Source of the DNA: a virus
Taxonomy: Duplodnaviria; Caudoviricetes
DNA: 56,120 nucleotides
Direction: 5' to 3' (one strand)
Virus record (IMG/VR): IMGVR_UViG_3300036759_000011
Coordinates: 1-56,120 of that record
Shown here: positions 16,648-26,544 of the stretch, one piece after another
Numbering within the stretch: the first letter of the stretch is position 1
Layout: each line of letters opens with the position of its first letter
The notes under the pieces: generated by a model
Told to the model about the DNA's origin: nothing
Databases searched by the model: none
What the model saw: only the letters and a program-made list of their open reading frames with translations
Program-made: the position numbers and the translations under genes

Positions 16648-16662
16648 AGAGGTTGGAATCTA

Positions 16663-17493
16663 ATGACTCAAGTCGATGATACTGACGATCTTCGTGAGTC
16701 GCTGCAAGTTCAGTCGCCTGATGAAGTGGTTGATTGGCTCAACGTCCTGATCTACGGTGATCCCGGTGCTGGTAAAACATGGCTAGCTGGAACAGCAGAA
16801 GATCATCCAGACACTAACCCTGTGCTGGTTTTGGACGTGGAGGGTGGCGTTACTACAATTCGGCACAGGAAGGTAGATGTAATTCCTGTTCGGTCTATGC
16901 CACAAGTCGAGAAGATTTATAACAAGCTTTATCACTCTATCGAGAATGGCAGGATCTACTACAGAACAGTCGTACTGGACTCACTCACTGAGCTTGCTGA
17001 TCTAGATATGCGTTTCATTATGAAGGAAGCGTATGAGCGCAACCCTGAGAAGGTAGATATTGATGTACCGTCTCAGCGTGAGTGGGGAAAGAACAGAAGC
17101 CACATCAGAAGGATTGTTCGCGCATTCCGCGATCTTCCTTGTCATGTGATTATGACTGCTTCTGTAGCTACCATGCAGGAGGAAGGCCAGCCCACAAGAT
17201 ACTTCCCCGGATTCGCTGGCAAGCTTCGGACTGAAGTGCCGGGATTCATGGATATTGTGGGATACCTCTACTCTGAAAATAAAACGGGGGTGATTAATCG
17301 CAAGCTTCAAGTGGTCGGTACACGCAGAGTACAGGCTAAGGATAGAACTTCCACGCTTGGCGGAAGTTTGGAGAATACCACTATCTCCGAAATTTGGAAT
17401 CACATCATTAGTGGTACACTTAATCCATCAGCGGTGCATTCCGATGACAGCGAAACGTTGCCAGAGGAGTCCATTGAAGCGACCGCCGCTTAG
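16663..17493 (+). CDS. AAA_24 / Sak4-like ATPase (single-strand annealing recombinase)
   Basis: YGDPGAGKT Walker A, LDVEGG, VVLDSLT; adjacent to DUF669. Confidence 0.88.
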   Translation: MTQVDDTDDLRESLQVQSPDEVVDWLNVLIYGDPGAGKTWLAGTAEDHPDTNPVLVLDVEGGVTTIRHRKVDVIPVRSMPQVEKIYNKLYHSIENGRIYYRTVVLDSLTELADLDMRFIMKEAYERNPEKVDIDVPSQREWGKNRSHIRRIVRAFRDLPCHVIMTASVATMQEEGQPTRYFPGFAGKLRTEVPGFMDIVGYLYSENKTGVINRKLQVVGTRRVQAKDRTSTLGGSLENTTISEIWNHIISGTLNPSAVHSDDSETLPEESIEATAA

Positions 17494-17515
17494 CAGGTAG
17501 TAAAAAGGAGAGAAC

Positions 17516-18010
17516 ATGTCAATTGGCCCCCTAAACCTTTCCGACGCTGATCTATCAGGTTTCGAGCCTCTGAATCCGGGTCGGTATAACGCTGAAGTGT
17601 TCGAGATTACTATGGACGCTACCAAGCGTGACGGCAAAGTTCCTATGGGTACACGGATGATGAAGATTCAATTCAAGCTCATGGATGAGAGCGTGATTAA
17701 TCGTCGTGTGTGGACCCAATACGTCATTCCTCCCGAGGATCATCCCAAGGAAAAGCGTGAGAAGATGAATGGTATGATTGTTCGCTTCTTCATCGCTGTT
17801 GGTGATCCCGAGGAGACTGTCAGGAGTGGTAGTTTCGATCCAGATTTTGAGGACTACAAGGGTCGTCCTTGTGTAGTGATTGTTGGCAAGGAACCTAAGA
17901 AAGATCAGAACGGAAACATCATCGAAGGTGAATTCAATAATCCTGTCAAGGGAGTGAAAGCAGCAGGATCTATTGTCACCACTGGCGGTGATGATGGTGG
18001 CCTCCTTTAG
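17516..18010 (+). CDS. DUF669 single-stranded DNA-binding protein
   Basis: FEPLNPGRYNAEV N-terminus; acidic C-tail; context. Confidence 0.8.
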   Translation: MSIGPLNLSDADLSGFEPLNPGRYNAEVFEITMDATKRDGKVPMGTRMMKIQFKLMDESVINRRVWTQYVIPPEDHPKEKREKMNGMIVRFFIAVGDPEETVRSGSFDPDFEDYKGRPCVVIVGKEPKKDQNGNIIEGEFNNPVKGVKAAGSIVTTGGDDGGLL

Positions 18011-18028
18011 CTAGCTAAGCTAGCCAAG

Positions 18029-18066
18029 ATCGGGGCCATGCTCTAGAGCAGGAGTGTGGCCCCGAT
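18029..18066 (+). terminator. Hairpin (terminator or processing site)
   Basis: ATCGGGGCCATGCTC/GAGTGTGGCCCCGAT. Confidence 0.55.
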
Positions 18067-18081
18067 ATATTTGGAGGTTCG

Positions 18082-20217
18082 TTGATTGCTAAGAGTGAAT
18101 TACGCAAGCAATTCTTTGAGCTACTGTTTAAGGATTACGAGGGCTTTATCTGTTTCGCCACATCTGAAGCAGCAGCGCCGAAAGTAACTTTCAGGCAGCA
18201 CTTCTTCAAGTGGCCTACAGACCACACAAGAGTAGAAGAGTTTTTGCTGCATCATGAGCAGAGATATAATCTCTACTTCTGTATTAATCTCCTCTCCAAG
18301 ATGGAGAGGCGTAAAGAATTCTGTCTGGAATCAGACATAGTTTGGGCTGATCTAGATGAGAAGAATCCAGAAGAAATCGAGGACATTCCCCCACAAATCG
18401 TCATTCAGTCATCTCCTGGCAGATGGCAAGCCTTCTGGCGTCTAAGTTCGAGAATCCCACCATACGAGGCAGAAGAATATTCTAGGCGCGTTGCTTATAA
18501 ATACAAGGCTGATTCGTCGGGCTGGGATCTAACCCAGCTTTTTCGTGTTCCGTTTACTAGAAATCTCAAGTATACAGACAAGCCACACATTACAGTTGCT
18601 AGAGCTTTTAGCGCCGAAGCGCCAGCTAAACTCTTTGAGCTTCTCCCGACAACCATCCACAAGAATCAGGATGGCTCGGAGATGCCCGATGCTTCCAAAG
18701 ATCCTACATCAATCATTGAGAAGCATAAGCCACTTCTACGTCAGACAGCCTTTGAGGCTCTCTTCACACAGGAGCTAGAACTAGACGCAGATTGGTCAAA
18801 GACTCTATGGAGACTCATCCACGAATGTTTCAAGGTGGGGATGACAGCAGAAGAAGTTTTTACTGTCGTTCGTCATGCTTCCTGCAATAAATACGAGCGT
18901 GATGGTAGGCCAGTTGAGCATCTATGGAGAGAGGTCATCAAAGCCAGCAAGAGTTACGTTGGTGGCGAACCCTTGCCAGAGATGTTGGTTATGCCTCAAC
19001 TTGTTTCTGATCCCCAAACCGAAACATTCGTAGATGAGTACATGGATTGGGCCTGTCGAGCTACGGACGCCCCAAGAATCTTCCATGAGCTATGTGCATT
19101 CATAGCTCTGAGTGCTATAGTATCATGCTCGGTTAGACTGGAAACCAATGCAGGGCCAATCGTTCCAAATCTGTGGGCTTTGATTCTTGGTGAGTCTACG
19201 ATCAGCAGAAAGACCACATCTATGCGTTTGATAGTCGATATTCTTCAAACGTTAGATAAAGAGCTAGTGGTAGCCACAGACGGTACAGCAGAGGGAATCC
19301 TCACTGGTCTGACGAACAGACCCAATCGCACTTCGATCTTCTGGAAAGATGAAGTGTCTGGATTCTTTGAGGCTATGAATCGTAGAGACTACATGTCGGG
19401 TATGCAAGAAACACTTGCAGCCTTGTATGATGTGCCTCCCTGGTTCAAGAGGACTCTACGCAAAGAAACATTTATCATTGAATCTCCCGCATTCATAGTG
19501 CTGGCCGGTGGAGTCGTTGATAGAGTTTATGAGTCAGTCACAGAAGGATACGTCTTGTCCGGATTTTTACCAAGATTTCTGGTAGTAACGGGAGAAGCGG
19601 AAGAACGTAGACCGATGGGGCCACCAACAGAAGAAGGAATGAACAAGAAAGCCAAGATCGTAGCTAAGCTAGCAGATATGTATGAGCATTATGCTTCTGA
19701 TGTGACCATGAAGATTGCTGGACAGAAAGTTCAGATGCCACCGAGGATTAGGGCTCAACTCACTAAAGAAGCTTGGGCTAGAAACACAGAGATAGAAAAC
19801 ACAATGATTGAAGCCGCGAAGGATTCCCTCGTAAGGAACCTCGCTCTACCGACATTTGAAAGAATGCACCGTAGTCTACTCAAAATGGGAGTAATATTAG
19901 CTGCATCCAGGCAGGTACCTATTGACGATCGTATCGAAGTAGAAGATCAGGATATAGTGAATGCGGCTCATTACGTCCAGATTTGGGGTAACTGCTCAAT
20001 TCAGTTGATTATGAACGCCGGAAAGAAACAATCGGAAAAGCTCCTAGATAAACTCCATAGATCTATCGAGAACCATCCTGGAATTTTGCGCGGTCAGCTT
20101 ATGAGACACTTCAAGCTGTCTAAGCGAGAAGCTACGGAATATCTGGATACTCTCGAAGATCGTGGTATGGTAAGGAGAGAAACCCGTGGTACCGGATCGG
20201 CATACTGGGTAACATGA
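18082..20217 (+). CDS. RepB-type primase fused to DUF3987-like helicase
   Basis: WADLD, SSPGRWQAFW, RVPFTRN; GESTISRKTT, WKDE, GFLPRFL; C-terminal wHTH. Confidence 0.85.
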   Translation: MIAKSELRKQFFELLFKDYEGFICFATSEAAAPKVTFRQHFFKWPTDHTRVEEFLLHHEQRYNLYFCINLLSKMERRKEFCLESDIVWADLDEKNPEEIEDIPPQIVIQSSPGRWQAFWRLSSRIPPYEAEEYSRRVAYKYKADSSGWDLTQLFRVPFTRNLKYTDKPHITVARAFSAEAPAKLFELLPTTIHKNQDGSEMPDASKDPTSIIEKHKPLLRQTAFEALFTQELELDADWSKTLWRLIHECFKVGMTAEEVFTVVRHASCNKYERDGRPVEHLWREVIKASKSYVGGEPLPEMLVMPQLVSDPQTETFVDEYMDWACRATDAPRIFHELCAFIALSAIVSCSVRLETNAGPIVPNLWALILGESTISRKTTSMRLIVDILQTLDKELVVATDGTAEGILTGLTNRPNRTSIFWKDEVSGFFEAMNRRDYMSGMQETLAALYDVPPWFKRTLRKETFIIESPAFIVLAGGVVDRVYESVTEGYVLSGFLPRFLVVTGEAEERRPMGPPTEEGMNKKAKIVAKLADMYEHYASDVTMKIAGQKVQMPPRIRAQLTKEAWARNTEIENTMIEAAKDSLVRNLALPTFERMHRSLLKMGVILAASRQVPIDDRIEVEDQDIVNAAHYVQIWGNCSIQLIMNAGKKQSEKLLDKLHRSIENHPGILRGQLMRHFKLSKREATEYLDTLEDRGMVRRETRGTGSAYWVT

Positions 20218-20834
20218 TTATTGCATTTACAGGTAAAAGAGGTAGCGGCAAGAGCACGGCCGCTGCTTATCTCATAAAAGAGCATGAGTTTGAGTTGCGA
20301 GCATTTGCAGACCCACTAAAGAAATCGTTTGCTGCGCTTTTCGATATTCGCTATCATGAGATTGAAAAATTCAAGAACGATCCAAACACGTTCATAGAGA
20401 TTAGAACAGTGGATACATCTTACGAAAATGAGTATCTATCTGGGCCAGTCATGACTTTCCGTGAGGCACTACAGCGTTATGGTACTGAGGCTCACCGTGA
20501 TATCTTTGGTGAAGATTTTTGGGTAGACTTAGCTTTGCCACTACCTCCTGTGGGATTCTATGTAGGCCGAAAAATCGTCATCCATGATTGTAGATTCCTG
20601 AATGAAGCTTATCGTGTAAAACAATTGGGAGGCTATGTAATTGACATTAAGCGGCCCCCCTCAGACCAACCCCAGCACAGGGGGTGGGAGAATCATGTCA
20701 GCGAGAGTGAAATGGATAATATCCCGAAGGATGTTGTGATAAAGAATGACGGAACTATTAGTGACTTATATATCAGAATCGAAGCAGTTCTCTCAACAGT
20801 TCTTGATTACGTCGGGCATGAGCGCACAAGTTAA
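20214..20834 (+). CDS. Deoxynucleoside monophosphate kinase
   Basis: GKRGSGKST, FADPLK, REALQRYGTE, DCRFLNE, HVSE. Confidence 0.9.
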   Translation: MIIAFTGKRGSGKSTAAAYLIKEHEFELRAFADPLKKSFAALFDIRYHEIEKFKNDPNTFIEIRTVDTSYENEYLSGPVMTFREALQRYGTEAHRDIFGEDFWVDLALPLPPVGFYVGRKIVIHDCRFLNEAYRVKQLGGYVIDIKRPPSDQPQHRGWENHVSESEMDNIPKDVVIKNDGTISDLYIRIEAVLSTVLDYVGHERTS

Positions 20835-21033
20835 TTATTACGAGAAGAAGTATGAGGAATGGTTCGAGAAGCACACAAACACTTCTCGATGGCATCCGCT
20901 CAGGAAACACAAAGCTAAGATCGAGTACGAGTATTATCTCAGAATGATGATGGATACAATCCAGATCGAGAAAGAAGAGTTTGCGGAGTATCTGAGGGAG
21001 AGAGAAGAGCAAGGCCATGCAGCCAAAAGCTGA
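20818..21033 (+). CDS. Hypothetical protein
   Basis: Packed ORF. Confidence 0.6.
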   Translation: MSAQVNYYEKKYEEWFEKHTNTSRWHPLRKHKAKIEYEYYLRMMMDTIQIEKEEFAEYLREREEQGHAAKS

Positions 21034-23470
21034 ACATGCTATTTGTGATAAGTGCCCGCTGAAGAACAAATCTTTTGCGGCATCGACCGGGCCGACCGAT
21101 GCGAAGATCGCAGTCGTATCTAGATCGCCAGGTCATTACGAAGCTATCCGAGGTAAGAGTTTTTCGGGGCCAAGCGGGAGAATCCTGGATCATCTGCTCA
21201 AGATTCATGGAGTAGACAGGAAAGATGTATTTGCCACAAATGCCGTCTTGTGCCAAGCCGATGGTACAGAGCAGGGTTTCGGATTAGCTGTCGCTTGTTG
21301 CGAACCGCGTCTAAAGGCGGAAATCGCTAATGCTGATACTATCATTGCGGCTGGCAGAGAGGCAGCCTACAGCGTTCTAGGAGTTTCTAATGTAGGCCAG
21401 AATCGTGGCTATCCCCATTTCGTGCAAACGAATGGGAAGGCGCAACGTGTCATCGTTACTAACAATCCTGCTGTTGTGCTTAGGGACGACGCTACTTATC
21501 CTGAGCTTGTTCGTGATTTTCGATTGGCTATAGCACCACTACCAACTCCAAAGCTACCAAAAGTACGATTCACTGAGAACGTCGTAGAGGCGAGGGAATG
21601 GGTAGAACAAATACTTCCCACGCTGGTGCCTGGTACTCTACTGGCATCAGACCTTGAAACCAGGAGTGAGGGTGATGGAGCTTACAATAGAATTGTTTGT
21701 GCAGGTTTCTCCACAAGATCCGAACGTGCCATCGTTTTCGGAGAGTCGGTCTGTTACAATAATGATTTCCTCGGAAACTATCTCCGACGACTTTATGAAA
21801 TCCCTGGAATCTCTTACCTCTGGCATAACGGAAAATATGACGTCAAGGTATTACGAAGAGCCGGAATAAATGCGCGCGTCGATCATGATTCTATGCTTGT
21901 CAGTTGGTGTCTCGATGAGCGTCCTGGCGACCCTGATAGTGGTGCTGGCGGCCATTCGCTAGAATGGTTGCTAAAGGATGAACTAGGATGGCCGAAATAC
22001 GAGCCACCATCTGTGCGGCAGTTTAAGAAAGATGGTATCCTCGCGGATGCTAAAGCGCATGAGGAACTATACAAATACAACGGCCATGATACCGCAGGAA
22101 CTATCTCACTGTTCGAGGTTCTGAAGGAACGGGCCATCAATGACAACGTTTGGGAGAAACCATATCTCTCGCTGCTGATCCGCTTGAGTGAGGCGTTGGC
22201 TCGTACTGAGATGCAGGGTACTATCTACGATGCTGAGGAATCCTGCAACATTCTAGAGCGGGTCGTGTGGCCTAAACTGCGAGCACAGCGTGCCTATATG
22301 CGGGAGCTATGTGGTGTCAAGCTTCTGAATCCAAACTCGCCCAAGCAACTTGAGAAGCTGATGTATGATGATTGGGGGCTTCATCACAACCTCATCAGAT
22401 CAAACATTGAGCGAGTAGGCAAGCGATCCACCGACAAATTCGTTCGGGACGAGATTCTACAAGTAGGGTTTAATTGCAATGACTCGGTTCATCGAGAGAC
22501 TTTCAAACTATTTGTTGAAACCCTCGATCAATTTAAGGAACTTGACAAGCAGAGAGGAACCTATCTTGAGGGACTCGTCCTCAAGCGAAGTAAGGACGGA
22601 AGAATTTACACTGACTTTAAGATTCACGGAACTGAGTCCGGGAGGGTTAGTGGTAATAAGCCAAACCTACAAAACATCACAAGACCAAAAGACGGATTAC
22701 CAAATATCCGTAGTGCCTTCGTTCCAGACCCCGGATGTATTTTTGTCTCTGCTGACCTCTCTCAAGCTGAGCTTCGCGCAATTGCCGCACTCAGTGGTGA
22801 CGAACAACTTCAATCAGTTTACACCGATACAAGTAGGTCACTCCACAAAGAAGTTGCCACCCAATTCTATGGAAGTGATTACACCTACGAACAGTACGTT
22901 GTTGCAAAGAACATCAACTTTGGAGTGGCTTATTGGCAGAGTGCATACAGCTTCGCGCAGATGTATCATATCAGTCAGGAAGAAGCTCAGAATTTTATAG
23001 ACTACTGGTGGAACAGATTTCCGGCGGTGTGGGACTGGACTAAGCACATGGAAGCTTTGGTGCTTAAGAAAGGGGAGATTCAATCTCCGTTCGGTCACAA
23101 GCGCAGGTTCTATGTAATCCCACAGGATGAGTCCGCACGTATCCATGTGGTCAAGGAAGGCATTAACTTCCTACCGCAGAACATCGCCGCAAATATCACC
23201 AATTGGGCTTTGTGTGAATTCACCGAATGGTTAACTGCTACAAATAAATGGGACGTTATCAGCACGCGCATAACAGTCCATGATAGCATCCTTGTCAATT
23301 GTAAGCAGGCTTACGTACCAGAAGCTGTGAGTAAACTAAAAGAATGTCTGGAAACCGCACCGCAAAAAGCTCTTGGCTGGGAGTTTCCTTTTGTGGCGGA
23401 ATTCAGCGTCGGCTCTAATTGGGGCCAAATGGAAGATTACCATGAAAACGCTTACAGCAATTCACGGTGA
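21017..23470 (+). CDS. polA: Family A DNA polymerase with N-terminal uracil-DNA-glycosylase-like domain
   Basis: UDG4-like CxxCPL..SPG..E..F.GPSG; exonuclease DLET/HNGKYD/YNGHD; polymerase DLSQAELR, KNINFG, VHDS. Confidence 0.93.
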   Translation: MQPKAEHAICDKCPLKNKSFAASTGPTDAKIAVVSRSPGHYEAIRGKSFSGPSGRILDHLLKIHGVDRKDVFATNAVLCQADGTEQGFGLAVACCEPRLKAEIANADTIIAAGREAAYSVLGVSNVGQNRGYPHFVQTNGKAQRVIVTNNPAVVLRDDATYPELVRDFRLAIAPLPTPKLPKVRFTENVVEAREWVEQILPTLVPGTLLASDLETRSEGDGAYNRIVCAGFSTRSERAIVFGESVCYNNDFLGNYLRRLYEIPGISYLWHNGKYDVKVLRRAGINARVDHDSMLVSWCLDERPGDPDSGAGGHSLEWLLKDELGWPKYEPPSVRQFKKDGILADAKAHEELYKYNGHDTAGTISLFEVLKERAINDNVWEKPYLSLLIRLSEALARTEMQGTIYDAEESCNILERVVWPKLRAQRAYMRELCGVKLLNPNSPKQLEKLMYDDWGLHHNLIRSNIERVGKRSTDKFVRDEILQVGFNCNDSVHRETFKLFVETLDQFKELDKQRGTYLEGLVLKRSKDGRIYTDFKIHGTESGRVSGNKPNLQNITRPKDGLPNIRSAFVPDPGCIFVSADLSQAELRAIAALSGDEQLQSVYTDTSRSLHKEVATQFYGSDYTYEQYVVAKNINFGVAYWQSAYSFAQMYHISQEEAQNFIDYWWNRFPAVWDWTKHMEALVLKKGEIQSPFGHKRRFYVIPQDESARIHVVKEGINFLPQNIAANITNWALCEFTEWLTATNKWDVISTRITVHDSILVNCKQAYVPEAVSKLKECLETAPQKALGWEFPFVAEFSVGSNWGQMEDYHENAYSNSR

Positions 23471-23852
23471 AACTTGCATCGTGGACGATGATGTTTATGA
23501 GTGGGCTTCGCAAATAAGATGGTGTGTCAGTGGTGGATATTTTAAGTGCAGCTCCGGACGTCATAAACACAAGTATTTACACAGAATGATTATCGGAGAA
23601 ATTCCGGAAGGATTTGAGACAGATCACATCAACAGGAACAAGTTCGATAATCGCCGCGAGAATTTAAGAATCGTTACGCACGCCATAAATATGCGTAATA
23701 ATGCAGCCAAAAATGTTTTTTATGAAGTGAGAAAATGTAGATGGGTGGCTAGACTCAGGCGTGATTATAAATTTATCCGGCTGGGTACGTATAAAACCGA
23801 GGAAGAGGCTCTTGAAGTCGTCAGGAAATTCAAGGAAGGTGAACTTGAATGA
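23442..23852 (+). CDS. HNH homing endonuclease with AP2-like domain
   Basis: LHRMI..DHINRNKFDNRRENLR; WVARL..LGTYKTEEEA. Confidence 0.9.
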   Translation: MKTLTAIHGETCIVDDDVYEWASQIRWCVSGGYFKCSSGRHKHKYLHRMIIGEIPEGFETDHINRNKFDNRRENLRIVTHAINMRNNAAKNVFYEVRKCRWVARLRRDYKFIRLGTYKTEEEALEVVRKFKEGELE

Positions 23853-24010
23853 GCATACCGGAAGCTTCTCCAGAACTGGACACTCTACTACAAGCGATAG
23901 TTCAAACGGTAACGGGTCAGCCAACTCAAGATAAATCATACGACGAGATGACAGCTATGCTCGTTCAGATGTGGCAAGACACTGAAGAGTACAGGCCACC
24001 TGCTGAATGA
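23849..24010 (+). CDS. Hypothetical protein (not in track)
   Basis: ATGA overlaps at both ends; AAGGTG SD. Confidence 0.65.
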   Translation: MSIPEASPELDTLLQAIVQTVTGQPTQDKSYDEMTAMLVQMWQDTEEYRPPAE

Positions 24011-24492
24011 GAGTAATAGCAATTGATCCCGGCCTGATGACAGGCTATTGCTATGCTCGTGTTACGCCTGAGAATAAGGTAGAATTCTACCCATTCCAAA
24101 TGATGGATGAGGTTGACGATCTTTGGAATCGTCTACACGAATTCCACCCAAGATATATCATCTGCGAAGATTTTCAGTTTCGTGGTGGTCATCATCGTGC
24201 AGCTACGGGCATCAACTACTTTCCCATTCAACTGATAGGTGTAGCTCGTTTGTATGAACTGACTGCGCCACATCAAGTGGCCCTGTATTTGCAAAACCCC
24301 GCACAGGGTAAGAGCTATTACACGAACGCCGTGCTGAAGAAACGGGGGTATATACCACATGGCATGTTCACTAAAGTGGAACACGGAATCGATGCCACCA
24401 GACACCTTCTACAGTGGTTCACATTTGGCGCTGGATATCAATTCATTACCAACGAGCAGGATTTTGCTGTCAGGATGGACGAATGGTTATGA
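24007..24492 (+). CDS. RuvC-like Holliday junction resolvase
   Basis: IAIDPGLMTG, ICEDF, HGIDATRH. Confidence 0.8.
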   Translation: MRVIAIDPGLMTGYCYARVTPENKVEFYPFQMMDEVDDLWNRLHEFHPRYIICEDFQFRGGHHRAATGINYFPIQLIGVARLYELTAPHQVALYLQNPAQGKSYYTNAVLKKRGYIPHGMFTKVEHGIDATRHLLQWFTFGAGYQFITNEQDFAVRMDEWL

Positions 24493-24683
24493 GTGAGTAC
24501 ACTGAAGAACAAGTCCACGAGGAAGGCGTGGTAGCCATTATCTTAGATAATATTCCAGACATATACATCTTGAACAATACTAGAATAGAGGAGGCCGAGC
24601 ATCCTACATCTGTTCTTGTTCTCGTTGATACTGATGACCGCATGTTCAAGGTTACAGTGACGACTGAAGAGGTAAAAGAATGA
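24489..24683 (+). CDS. Hypothetical protein
   Basis: ATGA overlaps. Confidence 0.65.
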   Translation: MSEYTEEQVHEEGVVAIILDNIPDIYILNNTRIEEAEHPTSVLVLVDTDDRMFKVTVTTEEVKE

Positions 24684-25602
24684 GCGATATCGGAAGTCAA
24701 GATGGGATCACGGCTGCAATGAATCGGCTACGTGATCTTGACCCTAATGGTACTCTTCTGAAGAAGGGAGCGGATGGTAAGTGGCCTAGCATTAATACGC
24801 TAACTCAGCCACTAGAACAGTGGAAAGCATATGATAAGCTGGAGCGTAGTCAAACCATTCTCGTTGACGATCACGATTCGGGAGCTAGTAAAAACCCTTT
24901 CGCCGGGGCATCCTCGTAGGGGATGCTACTTCCAATTGTACTTTCGACGGTCACGATTTCTCATATCCTGGTGGGATTGGGGTACTCCTAGACAAGTTTA
25001 TCAACCACGGATATTACGCCGTTGCGGTTAAGTACGGGGAAAACCGTGGGGATGAATGGCTTAACGAGGCAGCCAAGCGTAATATGGCTATTGCTCTGTG
25101 GGACGATAAGCCAACTCAAGAGAAAGCTCAGGGTGCTGCCGGATATCTGACTAGAACGCTTGAGCAGTATCCCACAGATCACATGACCATGATGTATCTT
25201 CCTCAGATGGAAACTGCTGAGGAGTGTGCAGGTTGTATGGCGGGAGCTACTTGGGTTGCTATCAATACGGCTATATGGGTAGCCGTATTAACTAATTTGT
25301 TCAACGAGCGTACTAATTCAGAGATTGCGCCAACTTTGGCTGCACTTGGAATAGCCGCTCTAGCTGAAGTTTACCCAGCTGAGAACACAGCATGGTATGA
25401 CAAGCCAATAGACTACGAGAACGCAATGATTGCCGATTGCAAGCGTCTCGGCTATGAATTCGTGGTTCTCCTGTTAGGAGTCTACTGGGAATACGCACTC
25501 AGTCGTTTTCAGCCTCAAGAGCTGCCAGGCTCCTGGAATTATCTGGGAGAAACAATGACAGATAGGCAAGGTGATTGGAACGTCTACTTTTCTTCGACGT
25601 AA
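24680..25602 (+). CDS. Hypothetical protein probably expressed as a 79-aa form and a ~307-aa -1 frameshift form
   Basis: 0-frame stops at 24919; -1 frame is open from 24892 into the 25084..25602 ORF; slippery AAACCCTTTC followed by a hairpin. Confidence 0.65.
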
Positions 25603-25606
25603 AAAT

Positions 25607-25834
25607 ATGAAGCCTATGACCGATATTTTGGAAGATCCGGCGCTTCCTTTTATGATCGGTCGTTTGGTGGGAGCTTCGGAAATGGCATCTCACCTGATGA
25701 GAGTAGCTACTACCACTGACGAGGCACTAGCCAAGCAAGGGGAACTACTTCAGAAGGTTGTAGACTGGTTCTTTGATCCAGCCCACACACCCACGTCCGA
25801 ACAAGATACAAAGATCATACCTCCAAGATTGTAA
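25607..25834 (+). CDS. Hypothetical protein
   Basis: Packed ORF, TAATG coupling. Confidence 0.65.
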   Translation: MKPMTDILEDPALPFMIGRLVGASEMASHLMRVATTTDEALAKQGELLQKVVDWFFDPAHTPTSEQDTKIIPPRL

Positions 25835-26133
25835 TGTTCGCTTGGCTTGATAAAGAAGGTAATACGATCACCCCCGAGGAATGGTCAAAGCTTCAGAACG
25901 ATAGAGATTATCGGATAATCAAGCAGGAGCACGTTGGCCCTTATTGGGTATCAACCGTTTGGTTAGGAATTTATAGCAATCTTGATGGGCCACCAGAAAT
26001 TTTCGAGACGATGGTATTCAACAACAAAAATTACGGTGAAGATCAGTGGCGCTATACTACTCTTGAAGATGCGACAGCGGGCCACGAAAGAGTTTGTGAA
26101 GAAGTCCGTCTAATTATGGCAGCCACAACATAG
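25834..26133 (+). CDS. Conserved phage hypothetical protein
   Basis: VSTVWLG..IFETMVF..RYTT..A..GH pattern. Confidence 0.75.
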   Translation: MFAWLDKEGNTITPEEWSKLQNDRDYRIIKQEHVGPYWVSTVWLGIYSNLDGPPEIFETMVFNNKNYGEDQWRYTTLEDATAGHERVCEEVRLIMAATT

Positions 26134-26223
26134 GGGGAAAGGAGGTGATACAAAGATAAACAACTGGCAATACCTCCGCACATACTCGGAGGAATCCAGT
26201 AAGCTATAAAAGGGAGACGACCC

Positions 26224-26544
26224 TTGCATAGACTGCTTGTACTAACCGCGCTCCTACTCGCCCTAGTAGGGGCGACGGGAACAGAAGCAGCACTAGCACA
26301 AAGGCAGGACTACGTTACAAATGGTCTATTATGCATACACAGGTACGAAGGTAGCTGGACAGATCCAGGAGCACCATATTACGGCGGGCTCCAGTTTTCT
26401 CTCTCGACTTGGCGTTCGGTGGGAGGCAGGGGTTACCCACACCAAGCGTCTATAGCAGAACAGATGTATAGGGGTAGACTTCTTTATTTGAGGAGCGGAT
26501 GGGGCCAGTGGCCGGTAACTTCTCGGATGTGCGGATTGCGTTAG
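26224..26544 (+). CDS. rpf: Secreted resuscitation-promoting factor (Rpf)-like transglycosylase
   Basis: Signal peptide; CIHRYEG (catalytic Glu), YYGGLQFSLSTW, ASIAEQ, GWGQWP. Confidence 0.88.
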   Translation: MHRLLVLTALLLALVGATGTEAALAQRQDYVTNGLLCIHRYEGSWTDPGAPYYGGLQFSLSTWRSVGGRGYPHQASIAEQMYRGRLLYLRSGWGQWPVTSRMCGLR

